DNA of 64,000 nt from Camelus ferus. Lineage: Eukaryota. The stretch lies in assembly GCF_009834535.1 (NCBI RefSeq), contig NC_045697.1, positions 91,638,001-91,702,000 on the forward strand, written 5' to 3'. Shown piece after piece: positions 1 to 12,402 of the stretch (positions are counted from its first letter, which is position 1; every line of letters begins with the position of its first letter). Below the pieces are notes generated by a model that had not been told where the DNA came from, did no database searches, and saw only the letters and a program-made list of their open reading frames with translations. Position numbers and translations under genes: made by a program.

Positions 1-345
1 TCTTAATTCATTGATAAATGGTTTTTCTCCTTTAATGTGGTAATTTACATTGGTTGTGATTACATTCAAATGTTCAACTAACCTTGCATTCTGGGAGTTA
101 AATTGCATTCTACTTGCATTCTACTTGGTGTTAATATCTTATCCTATTTCTATATTGCTGTATTTGATTTGCTAATATTTCATTTAGGAGTATTTAATTT
201 ATGAGAAATATTGCCCTTTAACTTTTCATTTCTTGCCATATCTTTGTCAGGTATGGATATCAGGGTTACTAACTTGACACTTATATAGTAGTTTGGTTAG
301 TTATGGAATACTAGGTTGGAAATAATTCCTTTCCATTGCCTTTTT
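1..345 (-). mobile_element. Old L1 (L1M-type) ORF2 fragment
   Basis: Antisense L1 ORF2-like text, e.g. 'atttgatttgctaatattt' and 'atatctttgtcaggtatggatatcagggtta'; highly diverged. Confidence 0.7.
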
Positions 346-391
346 TCTTTCTTTCTTCCTCTTCTTTTTTTTTTTTTTTCGGAAGCCTTTA

Positions 392-460
392 CCATGTCTG
401 TAGTCTCCCCAGTACTTTGCACAGTGCCTAACATACTATAGATGCTCAATAAACTGTTTC
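392..460 (+). mobile_element. L2 3' end fragment
   Basis: 'gcacagtgcctaacatactatagatgctcaataaa' resembles the L2 terminal consensus. Confidence 0.65.
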
Positions 461-489
461 TTTTTTCTCTCAATTTTTATGTTTTTAAT

Positions 490-1552
490 TAAAAAAATTT
501 TTTTAGTTGAAGTATAGTCAGTTTACAGTATGTCAATTTCTGGTGTACAGCATAATGTTTCAATCATACATATACATACATATATTCCTTTCTATGTTCT
601 TTTTCATTATAGGTTACTATAAGATATTAACTATAGTTCCCTGTGCTATACAGAAGAAGCTTGTTGTCTATCTATTTTATATATAGTAGTTAGTATCTGC
701 AAATTTTTAACTCTCAATTTGTCCCTTCCCACACCCTTTCCCCCCTGGAAAACCATAAGTTTGTTCTCTATGTCTGTGAATCTGTTTCTGTTTTGTAAAT
801 AAGTTCATTTATGGTTTTGTTTTTTTTTTAGATTCCACATACAAAAATACGATATGGTTTTTTTCTTTCCTTCTCTAGCTTACTTCACTTAGAATGATGA
901 TCTTCAGGTCCATCCATGTTGCTGCAAATGGCATTATTTTATTCTTTTTCACAGCTGAGTAGTATTCCATTGCATATATATATATCCAGTCATCTGTTGG
1001 TGGACATTTAAGTTGCTTCCATGTCTTGGCTACTGTATATAGTGCTGCTATGAACATTGGGGTACATATATCTTTTTGAATTAGAGTTCTCTCTGGATAT
1101 GTGCCAAGGAGGAGGATTGCTAGGTCATGTGGTAAATCTGTTTTTAGTTTTTTGAGGAATCTCCATAATATTTTCCATAATTGCTGCACCAAACTACATT
1201 CTCATCAGCAGTGTAGGAGGGTTCTCTTTTCTCCATACCCTAACCAGCATTTGTAGTCTTCTGAATGATGGCCATTCTTACTGGTGTAAGGTGATACCTC
1301 ATTGTAGTTTTGATTTTCATTTCTCTGATAATTAGCAATACTGAGCATTTTTTCATGTGCCTGTTGGCCATTTGTATGTCTTCACTGAAGAATTGCTTAA
1401 GTCTTCTGCCCATTTTTGGATTAGGTTGTTTTTTTTTTTTTTTTTGTTATTAAGTTGTGTGAGCTATTTGTATATTCTGGAAATTAAGCTCTTGTCAGTT
1501 GCATCATTTGCAAATATTTTCTCCCGTTCTTGTTTTGTTTATGGTGCAAAAG
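490..1552 (-). mobile_element. 5'-truncated, relatively young L1 (ORF2 C-terminus plus 3'UTR)
   Basis: ORF 875-1192(-) encodes [13 protein letters not shown]...CTPMFIAAL...YYSAVKKN...FAATWMDL, the L1 ORF2p C-terminus. It is followed by a cetartiodactyl-type 3'UTR and a T-rich tail near 490-505. Confidence 0.95.
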
Positions 1553-1559
1553 CCCAATG

Positions 1560-3122
1560 CTTTCTAATGTCCAATGTGCTCTTGAGAAGAATTACATAAT
1601 TATGGTTTACACTGTAGCCTATAGGATTTTCATATGTTTCTGATATTTTAAAATTTCACTACATTGTGCTTTATTGTGTCTCTGTTTTCATTAATGTGCT
1701 GGGAAGTAATGTGTATATTTAATCTCCAAATTCAGATCCTTCAGTTGCAGGAAGTTTTCATGGTTTATTTCATTAACAGCGTGGTTGGCTGAATAATGCT
1801 CTCTCTGGTTCTCCTCACCACTCCCTTTACCTCCAAGATTTCCGTATCCTAATATCTGGAACATGTAAGTCGTACCTTCTATGTCAAAAAGGACTTTGCA
1901 GATGTGGTCAAGTTAATTATCTTGAGATAGGAAAATTATCCTGGATTATCTGGCTAGGCCAGATGTAATCATAGTGGTCCTTTATAATAGGTTTACAGAA
2001 GGAGTCAGAGTAAGAGCAAAGGCCACATGATGACAGAAACAAGGTTCAGAGTAATGTACTTTGAAGATAGAGGAAGGAAACTACATGGCAAGAAATACAA
2101 GTGATTTCTACAAGCAAGAAAACGCAGGAAATGAATTCTTCCCTAGAGCCTCCAGAAGGAACCAGCCTTGCCAACACCTTGATGTTAACCCAATGACACT
2201 GATTTCAGTCTTCTAATCTCCAGTACAGCACTGAAAGAGATGACATTTATGTAATTTTAAGCCACCAGGTTTATGGTGCTTTGTTACAGCAGCCATGGTA
2301 AACATACAAATGGTTGTCCCTTCTCTCTTTTCTCTGTACTGTTTGTGTTAGTATAACTTCTTGACCACACTGGCACTTTTCTTATCTTTATTTAATCTTT
2401 TTATCTTTTTGTCCAACTTTCTAGACAAGTCTCTAAATTTCTCTTCAAACTTATCTTTTTAATTATTTCTACTGTCAGTGTTCTAATCTTCTAGGAATTT
2501 ACCCCTCTTTTTGTTCTTAGAATGTCCTTTTAAAAAAAATGTTATCCTGTTCCTTGTACATGGTTGCAGCGTTTTATTTATTTTCTGCCTAAGGTTATTA
2601 ATATGAATTTTCTTTGGAGATTTTTTTCCTGCAAAACCAGTCTCCTCCAACCTTCGTTTAATTGTCTGTTTCAATTTTTGTATTTCATAGTAGAAATTCT
2701 CTGTTGTTGGTAATACTTGGTTGTCTGCTCATACTTAAGAGTTGAAAACTAAAAAATTACATGGAAGCACTGAATATGTGAGAGAATTACTGCCACTTTC
2801 TGAAGTGTATACTGCTGCCAGGTCTTACTGATCCTTGTGGGATGATGTTACATTAATTGGCTTAGTTCTTGGCCACCCTTAATGCTGGATAAAATTTTGG
2901 TGTTTTCTATTTCTTTTTTTCCAGCTTGCTAAATTATTTACCATTTGTCCAAATGTTTGAAATCCTTACAAAATTGTATGCTCTTTTCTTCTCATCACAC
3001 TCCTGTTATGCCTGTCCTTATGAGTTATACTTTTAAGTAAAAATATCTATATCCTTATTTTAGTGTGGGTTGGATGGGGAGAATGTAGATGAGTGTGTTC
3101 AGTTTGCCGTTTTTGGCCAGAG
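1560..3122 (-). mobile_element. Ancient L1ME-like ORF1 and 5' end, interrupted by an MLT1 LTR
   Basis: Antisense ORF1-like text at 1640-1775 resumes at about 2310-2800. 'gtgtgttcagtttgccgtttttggccagag' near 3095-3122 resembles the reverse complement of an L1ME 5' terminus. Confidence 0.6.
1780..2308 (+). mobile_element. MaLR solo LTR, MLT1D-like
   Basis: Diagnostic 'ggactttgcagatgtg...attatcctggattatc...ccctagagcctccagaagga...ttgttacagcagc...ataca'. 5-bp flanks are aacag and aatgg. Confidence 0.9.
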
Positions 3123-3149
3123 GTACTATGGCTTCCATTCTTTAGCCTC

Positions 3150-3770
3150 ATCTTTAAAACTGATGCTCTTCAGGTGCCATTTTCATTCTTTCTCTTTTCA
3201 CTCCACATACTCTTGCTTCATAATTTTATCCATTCCCATGACTTCAGCTATGATCAATAGATCAATGACTTTCAAAATTTTTTCTTCATCCTACTTCTTT
3301 CCTGAACTTGTGGAGCTTTACTTCCAGTAGGAGATTCTCAGTCAGCAGTTGGATGTATGTCCTACATTTCCCTGAAACTAAAAATTGACCTCATTTTTCC
3401 TCTACACTCTTATTGTACCTATTCTACACACAAGCTTGCTGATTTCTTTTGTGTTGCTTCTTTTATTGGCATCACTAACCATTAAGATTTAAAACTGGAA
3501 ATCATCCTTAACTCTTTTCTCTTGCCTCCTACATCCAGTTAGTTACCAAGTCATATCAATTTTACTTTCTAAAGTAAATTTTAGTATACGTTACTCATAT
3601 TTTACAGTATACTTTACTAAATATTTTTCAGTATATTATAGTCATCCCCCAAATATTATCAGTCCTCCTGCCTTTTTTAGGCTTTCAACATCTATTATAA
3701 TATAGACTGTCACAGTAATCTAACTTGATACCTTCTTCTGATCTCTCAAAGCCTCCAATCTATTGATATA
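3150..3770 (+). mobile_element. L2 fragment(s)
   Basis: 'atccattcccatgacttcagctat' and 'tcatccttaactcttttctc...catccagttagttaccaagtc' are typical L2 body. Confidence 0.7.
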
Positions 3771-4585
3771 AATCAATCAACCAACAGACATTTCCTGAAT
3801 ACTCAATCTGTGACAGATATGGTATGACTTGGAGGTACCACTGAGAAAAAGACATGGTTACCCTTTGTGTTAGTGGAGAAATTAGTTTACTGTGAACATA
3901 GTGTGTTATGTAATGAGTTAATGATAGGAGAAATACAGGGTACTAGAGAGCCATATAGGAGGGCAATCTAACTTACACCTGGAGACAATTGGAGAGACTT
4001 CCTACAAGGTCATGTATATAGAGACCACAATGTTAGGGGATATGTTCCATACAGAAGACACGACACCCACCAAAGGCTCTGAAGTGGTGGGCACATTTGA
4101 TGAACTGTAAGTAAAGTTCAGTATAGCTGAACCTGAACCTGAGAACAAAACTGGTTGAAGTAAAGCTGAAGAAGTAATCAAAAGCCAGATCACTTAGCAC
4201 CTTCTAAACCAAATTTAGGAGATTGGGAATTTCTTCTAAGAAAAGCAGGAAACAAACAAGAAACTTCATGATTTACTTTGCGTTTTAGAAAACTTTATAT
4301 TTCTGTAGGGAATGGACTGAAATTCATCAAGTTTGAAGAGGGAGTCCAGTTGCAATCATTTAGTTGGGAGATGGTAATGGCCTGAAACAGGGTTAGCGAA
4401 ATGAAAAGTGGGAAAAGTAGTTAGCCTTGCAGGACATTAGGAGGTAGGCACAGGGGGTAGGGGTGGGGCGGATAAAAGAGTGGGAGGAATTAGAAATGGC
4501 AGGTTTGAAGGAATGGTTCAGTGATGAGTTAAATTTTGATCACGTTGAATTTGAAGTGCCTGTGGGACATCCAAGTGAAGACACA
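3771..4585 (-). mobile_element. L2 fragment including its 3' end
   Basis: Begins 'aatcaatcaaccaacagacatttcctgaatactc' and ends 'gttgaatttgaagtgcctgtgggacatccaagtg' (antisense L2). Confidence 0.8.
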
Positions 4586-4601
4586 CAGAAATCTGATCAT
4601 A

Positions 4602-5210
4602 TATTCTCAGGCATAAGCATATTAGTGGATAGAGAGACCCCCAAATTGGAAACACCACCAAATATGTGGGCAAGCCCAACAAATGTGTGGGTCCTTGCCT
4701 ACCAGTTGAGAAAGAATTCTCAGCAGAGGCAGAAGAACAAAGTGGAAAAAAATGCAAAAAACAAAAAACCCTGCTCTATTGTTTAGAGAAAAAAGGAGAA
4801 AAATAAAAAGCAGAAAAGAAAATGCTTGAGCGGGGAGCCTTCAGTCAAGTCGAGACAGATCCCGTCCCTGATCCGGCGCGGGGTCTTTATTGGAAGGCTC
4901 TGCAATCATTGTCTTCATTCCCATCATCTTCATTCCTGTGGTGCGCATCATCTTCCCTTACAGCTTTTTCCTCCTGGGTAGCTCAGCCCTAAAACAGAAA
5001 ATTTGGTGGGAAAGAGAAAAAAGAAAGAGATACGGGGGTATGTCCTTGGGATTGATGCAGCAGTTGTAGAACATAAAACATCCTGTTGTATGGCTGTGTC
5101 CTTGGAACCAAGGAGCCAGCTGTGGGATAAGAGAAAATGTCCTGTTTTTCAACAGCCTGAAATTTTCTTCCCTTTGTTGATAACTAGCCAGGGTCAATAA
5201 GCCTGTCTAA
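4602..5210 (-). mobile_element. ERV1-like solo LTR, probably lineage-specific, inserted in an L2
   Basis: About 610 bp splitting an L2 phrase ('aaatctgatcat' ... 'atcacctctttcaaacacactcc'). Contains the ERV1-LTR-like antisense motif 'gggtccttgcc...gaaagaattctcagcagaggcag', TTTATT at 4886-4891, six CpGs at 4831-4880 and a 'cctgtct' terminus. Confidence 0.6.
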
Positions 5211-5460
5211 TCACCTCTTTCAAACACACTCCATAGTTCCTTACTGTGTTCAACACGAAACCAAATCCCTTTGCATGGTACACAGAGTCCTTTCCATTCT
5301 CACCCCAGCCCATCTGTCTGGCTTCATCTCTTAATAACTCCTCACTTCTTCAGCTACACATTCACACCCTTTCAGGTCTCCTTGTCTTCAAACATACTGT
5401 TGCACATTTGACCCACACCACATCAGTACTTTTGTGAAATTTAGCTTCATCATTTTCTGC
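5211..5460 (+). mobile_element. L2 fragment
   Basis: 'ccaaatccctttgcatggtacacagagtcctttccattctcaccccagcccatctgtctggcttcatctc'. Confidence 0.65.
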
Positions 5461-5602
5461 AATGCAAATCCCTCACACCAAGTTATCTGTGAGTATGGGA
5501 TCCTTAACTGAAGACTGGGAGGTTATGGGAAAGATTGTATTACACAGTGCACAGGCTTCTGCCCTCTCATTGGTTACTCCCGTCTTCACTTACCTGCTAG
5601 AT

Positions 5603-5921
5603 CTGTGCTGTCAGATACGCCAGTCACTGACCACCTGTGGTGGCTCTAGAGCATTTGAAATGTAGCTAGTTTGGGATCAGATGTGCTGTAAATGTAAAAT
5701 ACAAACCAGAATTTGAAGACTTTGAAAAAAGAATGTAAAATATCATGGTAGTAATTTTTAAAATTTTGATGTATTGAAATGACAATGTTTTGGGTATATT
5801 GAGTTAAAGTATATTATTAAAATTAATTTCACCTTTTTCTTGTTTTTTTTTTTAAATGTAGCCACCAGAAGCTTGAAAATTATATATGTGGCTCACATTA
5901 TATTTCTACTGGACTGTGCTG
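5603..5921 (+). mobile_element. MER33 (hAT-Charlie non-autonomous DNA transposon), near full length
   Basis: Colinear with recalled MER33 over about 320 bp. Degenerate TIRs (ctgtgctgtc...ggactgtgctg) and NTCTAGAN-like 8-bp flanks tgctagat and tcttagac. Confidence 0.9.
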
Positions 5922-6149
5922 TCTTAGACTTCCTTCCTGAATTGTCAAATTCTTCTTCCTCACTTCTGCAAAGCAGTTGAACACTTGATGTTCTTTTAAA
6001 CTTGCCTACCAGATCCCATCAAGAACTTTTGTTTTATAGGCTCCTCTTAGAAAGAAATTGTTATTATATATAGCAAAAACAAAAAATTCAACCTGAAATA
6101 TTCAAATGTTTACTTTGGTACTCACTACATTGTAGTGTGATTTTTTTAA

Positions 6150-6262
6150 AAAATTCTCTTTACCCCACTAGGCTGTGAACAAAGAGCATGCCCTATTTAT
6201 CTTTCCATCCCTAATACTGTTGTGAGCTCATAGTAGGGACTAAGAAATGTTTGTTAAATGAC
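6150..6262 (+). mobile_element. L2 3' end
   Basis: 'ccccactaggctgtgaac...catagtagggactaagaaatgtttgttaaatga'. Confidence 0.65.
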
Positions 6263-7119
6263 AGGATTACGGGTTCTTTATTATCTAAAAAGAAAATATT
6301 AGCTGAATTTAAAAATTACATTCATGGCAATTGGTTTGTGTAAATTAGGAATAGTGGCAAACACATCTTGATGTACTTATATCCTTCCATTTTCCCTCAA
6401 CCTTACAGAGAGATCCAGTAGTGATCACTTTAAGCTGTTCATTGCATCTTTGTCACAAAGTCTGTGCTAATATCATTCTCCTCTAGACATATAAGTAGAA
6501 GCAGAGAAGGAATTTAAATCAATGATGCTAACGAATAAATAACAAGCTAGAGAAGTGGAACATATCACTTAAGAACATGTGAAGTGAAGGGTGTATTGAC
6601 AGTTTCTGGTAACTAAGTTACCAGAAGTATTGATAGCAGAAGTCACTATGAAATGAACATTTACTTGAGAGCGTGTTTACATAAGGCTGTCATAGCAAGT
6701 AGGTCTTATAAATACCACTACAGTATTCTCCTTGAACCTGTTAGGCCAGGGTTTTATAGCTTACTGCAATTACTGAATGGAAATATAATGCCTTTAATGC
6801 ATATTTTGAAGTGAATTGCACTTGCTGACTTCACACAACAGTAGCCCCCTAATGACAGAAACTTTGCCTGTACTTCAGAAGAAAACTTCAAGAGAGACCA
6901 AGCATAAAGTGGTATGGTGAATAATGATAATACAGATTGAGCCAGGTTTCCCAAGTGGTTTAGGCACACCTTAACCTTAAATTTAAAACTTTTGGAATTT
7001 GCATTCACCTTTTAAGACCACACATTCGGTAATCCTAAGAAGTGTCTCACAATTTCTGTCCCTGGAAGACTCTAGGTTCTAAGAGAATACATATGAATAA
7101 GCAGAGTGAGACAACTGTT

Positions 7120-7168
7120 TTATGTATATACATACATACATACATACACACACATTTATATATATGTA
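7120..7168. repeat. (TACA)n/(TA)n microsatellite at an L1 tail
   Basis: Direct reading: 'tatgtatatacatacatacatacatacacacacatttatatatatgta'. Confidence 0.9.
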
Positions 7169-7688
7169 TTTTTTTTAAATTGATGTATAATCAGTTCCAA
7201 TGTGTTAGTTTCTGGTGCACAGCATAATGTCCCAGTCATGCATATGTATACATATATTCATTTTCATATTCTTTTTCATTAAAGATTATTACAGATATTG
7301 AATATAAGTTCCCTGTGCTATACAGAAGAAATTTGTTTTTTTAATCTGTTTTTATATAAAGCAGTTATCATTTACAAATCTCAAACTCTGAAACTTATCC
7401 CTTTCCACTCCCTTTCCACTGGTAACCATAAGATTATTTACTTTGTCTGTGAGTCTGTTTCTGTTTTGTAGATGAGTTCTTTGGTGTCATCTTTTTTTCT
7501 TTTTTTTTAGATTCCACATATGAGTGATATCATATAGTATTTTTCTTTCTCTTTCTGTCTTACTTACTTGGAATTATGATCTCCAGGTCCATCCATGTTG
7601 CTACAAATGGAATTATTTTATTCTTTTTTATGGCTGACTAGTATTCCGTTGTATAAATATACCACAACTTCTTTATCCAGTCATCTGT
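7169..7688 (-). mobile_element. 5'-truncated young L1 3' end, same family as 490-1552
   Basis: Closely parallels 505-1000 ('ctggtgcacagcataatgt', 'gttccctgtgctatacagaagaa', 'ttagattccacat'). Possible TSD tgttttat at both sides. Confidence 0.95.
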
Positions 7689-8011
7689 GTTTTATATTTT
7701 TGACAATTAATGTCATCCTGAGACTCTCTGATAGTTCAGATATGGTGTATATATCTTTCTTCCAGAATAAGTGGTACATGCTTAGCAAACAGTATCCACG
7801 CCATAGGTAGACGGATGCTGTGATGTGCCTGTGAATCATTGTAGTCCACAGCACAGAAAGCTGCAGGAGTGCCAGGCATGTATTACCTACCATGTCTACA
7901 TTTTCTCTTCTTGAAACTTGGTCTCTAAGAGGAACAGAGCAATTCCAAGCCATGGCATCCCTCCAGCAGCCCCCCCCCCCCCATTAGTGTTCAGGTACTA
8001 TTTTGCACATT

Positions 8012-11000
8012 AAAAAAAAATTGAGGTAACATTGATTTATAACATTATATAAATTTAATTTATACAACATTATAATTATACTTCTGCATACACTATAGCA
8101 TGCTCAACTCCAAAAGTCTAGTTTCCATCTGTCACCATACATGGACCCCCTTTACCCATTTTGTCTTCCCCCACCACCCTTTCCCTCTGAAAACCACCAG
8201 TCTGTTATCTGTATCTAAGTGTTTGTTTTGTTTTGTTTTGTTTGCTTGTTTATTTATTTATTTTTATATTCTACATATAAGTGTTGTGATTGTAAATGGG
8301 TTTTTTTTCTTAATTTCTCTTTATATTAGTTCATTGTTAGTGTACAGACATGCAATTAATTTTTATACATTGTATATTGACTTGTTGTATGTTCATTTTC
8401 TTTTGTCTTCAAGTATTTTTTTATTTCTCCTTTGATTTCTTTATTGACCCAATAGTTTTTCAGTAGCATGTTGTTTAGTCTCCACATATTTGTGATTTTT
8501 CAAGCTTTCTTTTTGTAGTTGATTTCCAGTTTCACACTGTTGTGGACAGAAAAAAATGCTTGATATGATTTCAGTTTTCCTAAATTTACTGAAACTTGTT
8601 TTATGTCCCAACTTATGGTCTGCCTTTCAGACCACGTGCACTTGAGGAAAATGGGTATTCTGCTGCATTTAGATGGAATATTCTGTAGATTATATATTTA
8701 TATATATGTGTGTGTGTGTGTATATATATATATCTCCATTCATTTAAAGTTGATGTTTCTTTGTTGAATTTCTGTCTGGATGATCTACCTATTGATGTAT
8801 GTGGGGTGTTAAAGTCCCCTACTATTATTGTGTTGCTGTCAATTTCTTTCTTTCGGTCTGTTAAGATTTTATATATATTCATATACATATATATTTATGT
8901 ATATAAATTTTGGTGCATTATATGTTTGATGCTCTTATATTTGGTGCATAATATTAATAAATGTTATGTCTTCCTGATGGAGTGTCGTCTTTATTGTTAT
9001 GTAGTATCCATCTTTGTCTCTTGTTACTGTTTTTGGCTTGAAGTCTATTTTTTCTGATATGAGTATGGCTACACCAGCTTTCTTTTGGCTGCCATTTGCT
9101 TGGAATATTATCTTTCATTCCTTCACTTTGAGCCTGTGTCTCTGTCTTTAGAGCTGAGTCTCCTGGTGGCAGCATATAGTTGGGTCTTGTTTTTAATTCA
9201 TCAGACCACTCTGTGTCTTTTGATTGGTGAATTTAGTCCTTTTACATTTAGGATGATTATTGATATATGAGGACTTAGTTATGACATGTTATCTTTTGTT
9301 TTCTGTATCTCCATTGTTTCTTTTTCCCTGTGTTTCTGCCTGCCGTTTTGGTTTGGTGATTTTCTATGATGTTTTCCTCAGTTTTCTCTTTTTTATGATT
9401 CATGTCCCTGCTTTCAATTTTTTTTTTGTGGTTGCCATAAGATTTGCATAAAACATTTCATGGATAAAATATTCTTTTTTCTCCTGATAGTGTCTTGTCT
9501 TCATTTGCCTATACAGGTTTTATCCTTTTTCTCTTCCCCTTAATGTTTTGTCACAAATTATCTTTTCTATGTTGTAAGTTTGATATCAAATTGAAGTAGC
9601 TATAGTTATTTTTAGTATTTTTCCCTTTAAACTTTATGCTAAATTAAGAAATTAACAATCTATTCTGATATAGAGTTACAGTTTTCTAATTCTGTCTGTC
9701 TATTGGTCACCTAACTCAAAGTTTTGTGTAATTTTGCCTTTTTGTTTCCGATAGAGGAGTTCCTTTCAACGTTTGTTATTAGGGAGGTCTAGTAGTGATG
9801 AACTCCCTCAGCTTTTATTTGTCTGAGGAAGATTTTATTTCTCTTTCATATTTGAAGGATAACTTTGCTGGATAGTCTATTTTTGGCTGGCAATTTTTAT
9901 CTTTACATTTTTTGAGAATGTCATTCCACTCCCTCCTGGTTTGTAGAATTTCTCCTGAGAAATCTGCTGATAGCCCAATGAAGGTTTGTAGGTTACTGGT
10001 TTGTTTTCTTTTTTTTCCCCCGGCTGCCTTTACAATTCTTTATCACTGACTTTTAATAGTTTTAATGTAATGTGTCTTGGATAAGGTCTTTTTGCATTGA
10101 GATAATTAGGTGTTTTATTAGCTTTGTGGACCTGTATATCCAGTTTCTTTCCAAGGTTTGGGAAGTTCTCAGCTATTATTTCTTTAAATAACCTCTCTGC
10201 TCCCTTCTTCTCTTCTTTTTCTGGGACACCCATTATCCTTATATTGCTTGTTCTAATGGAGTCAGATTGCTCTCATAGATTTTCTTCATTTTTAAGAAAT
10301 CTTACATCTTTCTTCTCTTCTACCTGAATCACTTCTAGATTTCTATCTTTAGGCTCGCAAGTTCGCTCTTCCATATGGTCTGCTTTATTTCCAGTGCTTT
10401 CTATTGAATTCTTCATCTCACATATTGAGTTCTTCAGTTCCAGAATTTCAGTTTGGTTCTTTTTTAAGGTTCCAGTCTCTTTGACACAGTATTCCGTCTG
10501 TTCATTAATTTTATTCATGAGCTCATTGGACTGCTATTTTGAGTTTTCTTGTAGCTCACTGAGTCTCTTCATGATAGCTATTTTGAATTCTCTATCAGAT
10601 CACAGTCTTCTGTGACTTTAAGTTTTGTTTCTGGAGAATTGTCATTTTCTTTTTGTGGTCCCGTATTATTGTGGTTTTTCATGGTGTTTGATGAATTGTT
10701 CTTCTCCCAGCACATTTGAAGTAGTGAACAACTTTCTTATTGGGATAAAACTTTTGTTTACTTTGATTGTAAAAATTCAACAGATTGGTAATTAGAGATC
10801 CTTCTTCTGTTTTTCAGTAGGTGGCACTATAATACAAGTTTTTTATTTCTCTTACCTGATCTCCCTCTGACTATATTTGAGAATCTGCACTCTCCACCCT
10901 TTATGACCACAGCTAGAGGTGTTGTGAGTGCCCTCCTCATTGCTTGCTGCTTGTGCCTCCAGGTTTCTGGGATGTTGTTGTTGCTGCTGTCACTGGTGTT

Positions 11001-11575
11001 GCTGCCAGGGACACCAGGTTGGTGGTGCCTCCACTGCTTTGGAGGTCCTGCAATAATGGTTGCTGGCATCACCACCATGGTGGGGGGAATGGGGAGGTGG
11101 TGAGGAGCAAAGACCTTGATTTGCCTCCACTGCATCCAGGGTTGCTGGTTTGCAGGCACCACTACTGTGAGTGCAGGGCTGGAGCTGCAGGCACTACCAT
11201 GGCTGGAGGGACTGGGACTGAGGGTCCTGTGACCCCTGCTGCCCAGTTCCCTGTGGCTATAAGTACTACTGTAGCTGAGATGTCAGAGTCACATGTGCCA
11301 CCTTTGCTGCTGCTACTGGGTTCTCTGGGGCTTTGAGTTCAGCCACCTCAGAGAAGGGGCTGGGATCATGAGTAATGCCTCTACTGTTCCCCTGGTTCTA
11401 CCTCCTTTGTGTGTTCCAGTCCACTCACTGCCAGGTATACAGATGTGTGGATCTCTCTGGCATCCTAGTAGGCGGGCAGAAAAACTTTTGTTGAGTTATG
11501 GATGTTTTACTAGCTGCAGATTGAAGGGGAAAGACAAAGGGAGTGTCTCATGCTGAAATGATGATGACATAACCA
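8012..11575 (-). mobile_element. L1 retaining 5'UTR, ORF1, endonuclease and 3'UTR, with most of ORF2 deleted
   Basis: ORF1p peptides (10273-10518 coiled-coil; 10030-10233 GVPEKEE...IIAENFPNL...RHITLKL), EN motif IIVGDFNTP (8613-8888), GC-richer 5'UTR at about 10810-11575, 3'UTR at 8012-8280. TSD core tttgcacatt at 8002-8011 and 11580-11589. Confidence 0.93.
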
Positions 11576-12384
11576 GTACTTTGCACATTTGAGGCGTGCT
11601 AAATAAAGGAATAAGTAAAAAATTTAAAAACCTAACAATTTACAATGCCTCTGTTTCCATAAGTGCCTTAGCAGCAAATGCTTTGAGTTTCATCAAAACA
11701 AGTTAGTTTACCAGAAACAAAAGTGAAGATGTGAATATTATCTCTTTTTCACTGGTCTCAAAGCATCAAAAAGCCAACCAAGGAATGGATCTTCCTGGTA
11801 CTCTAGAGAAGTCTGAGATGCATGGAGAATTTATTGCAGTGTTACATTTTAATATAATATTAAACTAAAGGTAAGAAAGCAAAGACTCACATAATAAAAT
11901 TTTCTCAAATGAAAATCAGCAACCCTTTCACTCAATTTTTAAAAAGTATTCTCTGAAGATATAAATTGTACCAGAGCACAGTGGCTTCTTTATTAAGTTA
12001 GAGGGTCAGTAAAATCACTATCTTTATTTGTCATTCATTCTTGGAGATTACATATCTTAACAAGTTCCAACTAAAACCAGTCTATGCAGGGTAAAAACTA
12101 TTGATGACCTGGGAAAAGTATTCTAGTCATATATATCATATATATACCTATCTATTTAATCTGCTGGTTCTCCACTTTTTGCTTTCTTCTTTTTATCTGA
12201 ATAAATAGAACTGAGCGACTAATTTATTACTCAACAGCTGCTAATCTTTTATACTTCTCTGCTAGTTTGGCCAGTATATTTCTATGTTGCCTTTTGGCTA
12301 GATAGTCTCTATAATAACAGTAACATAGGAATGAATATACAAGGTTCAAATTGTAGTGTAGTTTTTAAAAATCCTATATTGCAC

Positions 12385-12402
12385 AGAGAGAGAGAGAGAG
12401 AA
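12385..12402. repeat. (AG)n microsatellite
   Basis: Direct reading. Confidence 0.85.

Noticed and set aside
6408..6486. Acceptor followed by the RING-like peptide RDPVVITLSCSLHLCHKVC
   Set aside because: Cys/His spacing does not complete a RING, the frame stops after 25 codons and no partner exon is seen.
10827..11556. Several overlapping 66-130 aa ORFs, possible ORF0-like antisense ORF
   Set aside because: They lie in the GC-richer, stop-poor L1 5'UTR; the peptides are low-complexity and unrecognisable.
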